DNA of 64,000 nucleotides from the NCBI GenBank assembly GCA_963816145.1, contig CAWFJP010000002.1, forward strand, positions 1 through 64,000, read 5' to 3'. The notes under the pieces are model-generated. The model did not search any database, was not told the DNA's origin, and saw only the letters and a list, made by a program, of their open reading frames with translations. Made by a program: the position numbers and the translations under genes. Within the stretch, counting starts at the first letter, position 1, and each line of letters opens with the position of its first letter. The DNA comes from an uncultured delta proteobacterium (GTDB taxonomy: Bacteria > Desulfobacterota > Binatia > UBA9968). Shown in pieces: positions 60,085 to 64,000 of the stretch.

Positions 60085-61413
60085 ATGGACTATCCCGTCT
60101 GGTATGTGCCCTATTTGACAGCGCCGCTGTTGATTCCGTTGATCGCGGTGCCGCATGTCATCGTCGCTCAGTTCGCCGTCGGCGGTGGCATTTTGCTGGC
60201 GGATCTGACACGGCGGGCCTATGGCGGAAATCATGTCGCGATTCTCGATTATTTGCGGCGGCTGACGCGTGTCTTTGTTCTGATCACGGTGGTTTTCGGC
60301 GCCGTTACCGGCGCCGGCATCTGGTGGACCATAGGACTGACGAGTCCGGAAACCACCAGTGCGCTCATCCATATTTTTGTCTTCGGTTGGGCCGCCGAGT
60401 GGGCGGTTTTCGTTCTCGAGATCGCCGCGGCTTTCGTCTTTTATTATTTCTGGGGCCGGCTTGCGCCGCGCGATCACATCTTGGTTGGGTGGATCTACGG
60501 CATCGCGGCATGGGTGAGCTTGGTGTTGATTACCGGCATCACCGCTTTCATGTTAACCACGGGCGACTGGTCGCCGGACAGAAACTTTTTTACGGCGTTC
60601 TTCAATCCATCTTTCTTGCCGCAGGTGCTGTTGCGCAGCGGCGGTTCGATCGCCATCGCGGCGCTGGGCATCACGGTACATCTCTCATTTCAGACGGACG
60701 CCGCGCTATCGAAGGATATGATCGTTCGCTGGATGTCACGCTGGGCGCTCGCGGGCATCGTGTTCATCTTCGCGGGCGGTCTGTGGTACCTATTCGTCAT
60801 GCCGGACCATGCCCAATTGAATCTCATGCGCGCGCCGATCTTATTGGGCATGACGGTGGTTAACCTGCTGGTCACCCTGCTTGTCATGGTTGCGCTGGCG
60901 TGGGGACATTTTGCCGGTTCGCGTTGGATCACGCCGCCGGCGGCGATTCTGCTGCTTGTCGCGGGAGCGGCCGCGATCACGACGGGCGAGTTCGTGCGCG
61001 AAGGCACGCGCAAGCCGTACCGCATCGACAAATATATTTTTGCCCCGGGGGTGCGCTCAAGCGAGGTAAAAGATTTTCAGCGCAACGGCCTCATCCGTCA
61101 CGCCCCTTGGTTGCAGTACTATCTCGACCGGAAATTCCCGGTCGATGTTTCATTGCATGGGCAGACGCTGTCGCCGGATGACAAAGCGGAAGTCGGCAAG
61201 GCGTTGTTCCGCTATCACTGTTCGGCCTGTCACGCCGAATGGGGTTACAACGGTATGGTGCCGATCTTGCGCCCGTGGACGCCCGATCTCATCCGCGACA
61301 CCACGCGCAATCTGCACCGCGCCAACCCGGCGATGCCGCCATGGATGGGCAACGAGGTGGAACGCGACGCGCTTGCCGTCTATCTCGCGCGCTTGAGCCA
61401 GGAGAAACCCTAG
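60085..61413 (+). CDS. Cytochrome bd subunit I-like protein lacking a Q-loop, with fused C-terminal c-heme (OR-C-like)
   Basis: PHVIVAQFAVG, FGAVTGAGI, WAAEW..FVLE, FFNPSF, EFVREGTRKPY, then CSACH...MPPW. Confidence 0.8.
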   Translation: MDYPVWYVPYLTAPLLIPLIAVPHVIVAQFAVGGGILLADLTRRAYGGNHVAILDYLRRLTRVFVLITVVFGAVTGAGIWWTIGLTSPETTSALIHIFVFGWAAEWAVFVLEIAAAFVFYYFWGRLAPRDHILVGWIYGIAAWVSLVLITGITAFMLTTGDWSPDRNFFTAFFNPSFLPQVLLRSGGSIAIAALGITVHLSFQTDAALSKDMIVRWMSRWALAGIVFIFAGGLWYLFVMPDHAQLNLMRAPILLGMTVVNLLVTLLVMVALAWGHFAGSRWITPPAAILLLVAGAAAITTGEFVREGTRKPYRIDKYIFAPGVRSSEVKDFQRNGLIRHAPWLQYYLDRKFPVDVSLHGQTLSPDDKAEVGKALFRYHCSACHAEWGYNGMVPILRPWTPDLIRDTTRNLHRANPAMPPWMGNEVERDALAVYLARLSQEKP

Positions 61414-61415
61414 TT

Positions 61416-62483
61416 ATGGTCGATCAACTCTTACGCGCTGATCCGCTCGGCCTACCGGTGCCGCCATCCTGGTTGTTTGGACTGAAGGTGTTCGGCTTTA
61501 TCCTGCACATGATTTTCATGAATCTCTGGCTTGCCGGCATGCCGACGGCGTTGTTGCTGCGCAACTCCCAAGCGTCAGTAGCCGATCGCTTGTTCAAAGC
61601 GATGCCATTCTTCATGGCCTTCGGTATCAACGCCGGGATCGTGCCGCTGCTCTTTCTCCAAGTGCTCTATCCGCAGTTCTTCTACCCCGCGACGATTTTG
61701 CAAGCGTGGTTCTGGTTTCTGATCATTCCATTGTTGATCGTCGCTTACTACGCCGTATATTTTGCCGCGTTCGGGCGTTATCGGGTGCTCGCCGCAACCG
61801 TTGCGTCGCTCCTGCTCGCTTGGATCGGCGTCACTTTTTCGGCGGCGATGACTCTCACGGCCGCGCCGCAAAGTTGGCCGGCAATCTTTATGGCGAACGC
61901 CGAGGCGGGCTCGGTGCATGGTTTTGCGCTGTACCTCAATGAAGAGGCGTTGCTGCGATTTTTCATCATGGCAGGAATTTCCTGTGGCACATTGGCGGCG
62001 TTTCTGGCACTCGACGCGGAATTCATGACTGCCAAGCGGGAATATCGTCGGGCGGCGCGGCGGCTGGTTGCGCCGCTCTACGTCGTTGGATTTATCGTTT
62101 TTGGACTCGCCGGCCTTCTATACGAGCCAACGGTTCGAGATCGACTGCCGGAGTTGTTGCGTCTGGTTACCGGCGCTGCCATGCCGCTTGGTGCTATCTT
62201 GTCGATCTTTTATTTAAAGCGACCGTCGCGTGCCGTGGCTGGATCGCTCGTCGCAGTCCATGCCTTCGCGCTCATTTCTAACGCTTCGGCGCGTCAGATT
62301 GTCCAGTTTCGCTCGCTTGATAAATGGGCAAAGCTCGACAAGATGCCGGTTCGCGGCGATTGGGATAGTTTCTTTCTGTTTATTATCGTGTTGCTCGTGG
62401 TCCTAGTCTGTTTGGCTTGGCTCGCTCGTGTCGCCGTCCGGGCGGCGCGTCACCGGGGTGAACCTGAAATTGCCGAGCGCTAA
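61416..62483 (+). CDS. Multi-TM partner subunit of the bd-like oxidase
   Basis: FILHMIFMN and GINAGIVPLLFLQVLY motifs; starts 2 nt after the CydA-like gene. Confidence 0.7.
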   Translation: MVDQLLRADPLGLPVPPSWLFGLKVFGFILHMIFMNLWLAGMPTALLLRNSQASVADRLFKAMPFFMAFGINAGIVPLLFLQVLYPQFFYPATILQAWFWFLIIPLLIVAYYAVYFAAFGRYRVLAATVASLLLAWIGVTFSAAMTLTAAPQSWPAIFMANAEAGSVHGFALYLNEEALLRFFIMAGISCGTLAAFLALDAEFMTAKREYRRAARRLVAPLYVVGFIVFGLAGLLYEPTVRDRLPELLRLVTGAAMPLGAILSIFYLKRPSRAVAGSLVAVHAFALISNASARQIVQFRSLDKWAKLDKMPVRGDWDSFFLFIIVLLVVLVCLAWLARVAVRAARHRGEPEIAER

Positions 62484-62511
62484 GTCGTTGCTGGCACTAG
62501 AGGGATTCCAA

Positions 62512-62964
62512 ATGAGAGAAAAGCTTGGGCTCATTGCGTTGGTGCTCTGGATCGTTACCATTGGCGCCTTAGGATTTTTCTTCGTCCATGGCTGGACGAG
62601 CGAAAGCAGCGACCGGCGCACCGCGATTCATCTGGCGCCGGGGGAACGGGATCTCGTGCTCGCTGAAATGCGCCAGATGCTCCACTCGGTGCATAATTTA
62701 GTGACGGGGCTGTCGGCCGGCGATCGTAAGATCATGGAGCAGGCGGCGCGGGCTTCGGGAATGGGCATGGCCGTCGATGTCAATCCGATCATCATGGCCA
62801 AGTTGCCGCTTGCATTCAAGCAGCAAGGAATGAGCGTTCACCATGACTTTGATGCGCTTGCCGATACCATCGCCCAAGGGGCCGATCAAGCGACCGTGCT
62901 ACGCGAATTTACCGGCATCACGGCACGCTGTGTCGGGTGCCATGTCAGTTACCGCTTGCCGTAG
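62512..62964 (+). CDS. Membrane-anchored class II (c'-like) monoheme cytochrome
   Basis: N-terminal TM, helical body, C-terminal CVGCH..YR. Confidence 0.8.
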   Translation: MREKLGLIALVLWIVTIGALGFFFVHGWTSESSDRRTAIHLAPGERDLVLAEMRQMLHSVHNLVTGLSAGDRKIMEQAARASGMGMAVDVNPIIMAKLPLAFKQQGMSVHHDFDALADTIAQGADQATVLREFTGITARCVGCHVSYRLP

Positions 62965-63225
62965 TAATCGAGTGTTTCGGTTGGGAGTCTCGAGCAGCTG
63001 ATTCCCATCTCCGCTAAGCCCGGGCTAGTTCAAAGTTGACTCGCCAGGAACCGAGCCGCCTCCGACAGGTTGCCGGATAGCGCTTCTGTTACCGGATTTC
63101 GCGAAACTAATCACGTCGGTCGCTAAATACAGCAAAACTTTTGCAGGTCTGAAATGACTTTTTGTAATTTTTCTCAATAATGAAAAACTTGCCCGCCTAA
63201 CCTTTTATTATGCTTGCAATGATAC

Positions 63226-63241
63226 TGGCACCGCCATTGCG
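63226..63241 (+). promoter_or_regulatory. Candidate sigma-54 promoter (PFOR operon)
   Basis: TGGCACCGCCATTGCG, near-consensus, with AT-rich upstream DNA. Confidence 0.75.
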
Positions 63242-63283
63242 ATAGTTAAATACCATGGGTCGATGAGTTGCCGGAGGTGGAGC

Positions 63284-63556
63284 ATGACCGGGATAGAAGA
63301 TGGACGTGAGCTGGAGATTCGGAGAGAAGAGGGTTCGTTCGATGCTGGCGGCGATACCATGGAAGCAGCGACATTTGAGCAGGACAGGCCAGAGGAACGG
63401 GCGCCGCGATCGCGTCTGCCGTGGATCGGTGCTTTGGAGAATCCGCGTTTGGGGCCGATGGTCGTACTCAACGAGAGCGGGTATCTGGTACCGTTGTTGA
63501 CGGCCGGAGATCTATTGCGCGGCTGCAAGTATTTTTGGCACCGGTCGCAGTATTAG
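63284..63556 (+). CDS. Small hypothetical protein upstream of PFOR
   Basis: GGAGG RBS, ATG 63284; stop lies 1 nt before the PFOR ATG. Confidence 0.5.
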   Translation: MTGIEDGRELEIRREEGSFDAGGDTMEAATFEQDRPEERAPRSRLPWIGALENPRLGPMVVLNESGYLVPLLTAGDLLRGCKYFWHRSQY

Positions 63557-63557
63557 C

Positions 63558-64000
63558 ATGACCTCATTTCCTTTTCCCGGTATCCCGACGACGGCCGATG
63601 GCTCAGAAGCGGTGGTTTGGATCGAGACTCACATTACCCAGGGAGCGTGCGCCTACCCGATCACCCCGTCGACGAACATGGGCGGCGGCTATCAAATGGC
63701 TGTCGCCAACGGTCAGAAAAACCTCTGGGACGAACCCTTGGCTTTTCTCGAATTGGAGTCGGAGCATAGTTCGGCGAGCACCTGTGAAGGATTTGCCTTG
63801 GCCGGCGGGCGGGTGGCGAACTTCACCTCGGGTCAGGGTCTGATCTTGATGAAGGAAGTTCTCTACGTGATCGCCGGTAAGCGCTTGCCGGTGGTGTTTC
63901 ATATCGGCGCGCGCGCTCTGACGTCCCAGGGATTGAATATTCACGCCGGCCACGACGACGTGATGGGTGTCGCCGATTGCGGTTGGGGCATGCTGTTCGC
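63558..64000 (+). CDS. por: Pyruvate:ferredoxin/flavodoxin oxidoreductase (5' part, runs off the window; not in the ORF track)
   Basis: MTSFPFPGIPTTADGSEAV...AYPITPST...ELESEHS...FTSGQGL...ARAL...IHAGHDD. Confidence 0.92.
   Translation, partial: MTSFPFPGIPTTADGSEAVVWIETHITQGACAYPITPSTNMGGGYQMAVANGQKNLWDEPLAFLELESEHSSASTCEGFALAGGRVANFTSGQGLILMKEVLYVIAGKRLPVVFHIGARALTSQGLNIHAGHDDVMGVADCGWGMLF

Noticed and set aside
1-64000. CRISPR array, tRNA/rRNA, integrase or transposase
   Set aside because: No regularly spaced identical repeats, no cloverleaf or rRNA-like sequence, and no recombinase/transposase motifs in any ORF.

Overview
A 64-kb GC-rich chromosomal window with no rRNA, tRNA, CRISPR, integrase or transposase seen. 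Gene style suggests a Gram-negative deltaproteobacterium-like organism, possibly Ca. Binatia (inference). (1) 1-11 kb is a patchwork of stand-alone genes (HigBA-type toxin-antitoxin, methyltransferase, YihY, USP, ChaN, VOC, SBP, YcbK/L,D-transpeptidase), with three same-orientation copies of a ~100-bp non-coding element. (2) 11-64 kb looks like a low-oxygen survival island: USPs, CBS proteins, FNT, BCAM0308-like protein, FtsH, three P-type ATPases, GlgP, AckA, PFOR, a sulfur-handling module and a cytochrome c-fused bd-like oxidase. Nine candidate sigma-54 promoters are spread across it. (3) At 22-33.4 kb sits an apparently complete trans-envelope electron-transfer cluster: two cupredoxin-like proteins, a LuxR HTH protein, a 5+1-heme cytochrome, MtrA/MtoA decaheme plus MtrB porin, a membrane-anchored nonaheme, Rieske, cytochrome b, a monoheme and a NapC/CymA-like tetraheme. 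Two geometrically identical palindrome/-10 promoters precede its cytochrome genes. Top observations: a 52-aa candidate membrane selenoprotein missing from the ORF track (in-frame TGA, SECIS-like hairpin, ATGA coupling to ackA); the porin-cytochrome/Rieske-cyt b cluster with its putative operator; a PTS-EIIA fusion on a Na,K-ATPase-like pump; and an ArcE-like enzyme with an altered P-loop. All family calls come from motif recognition by eye, not database searches.
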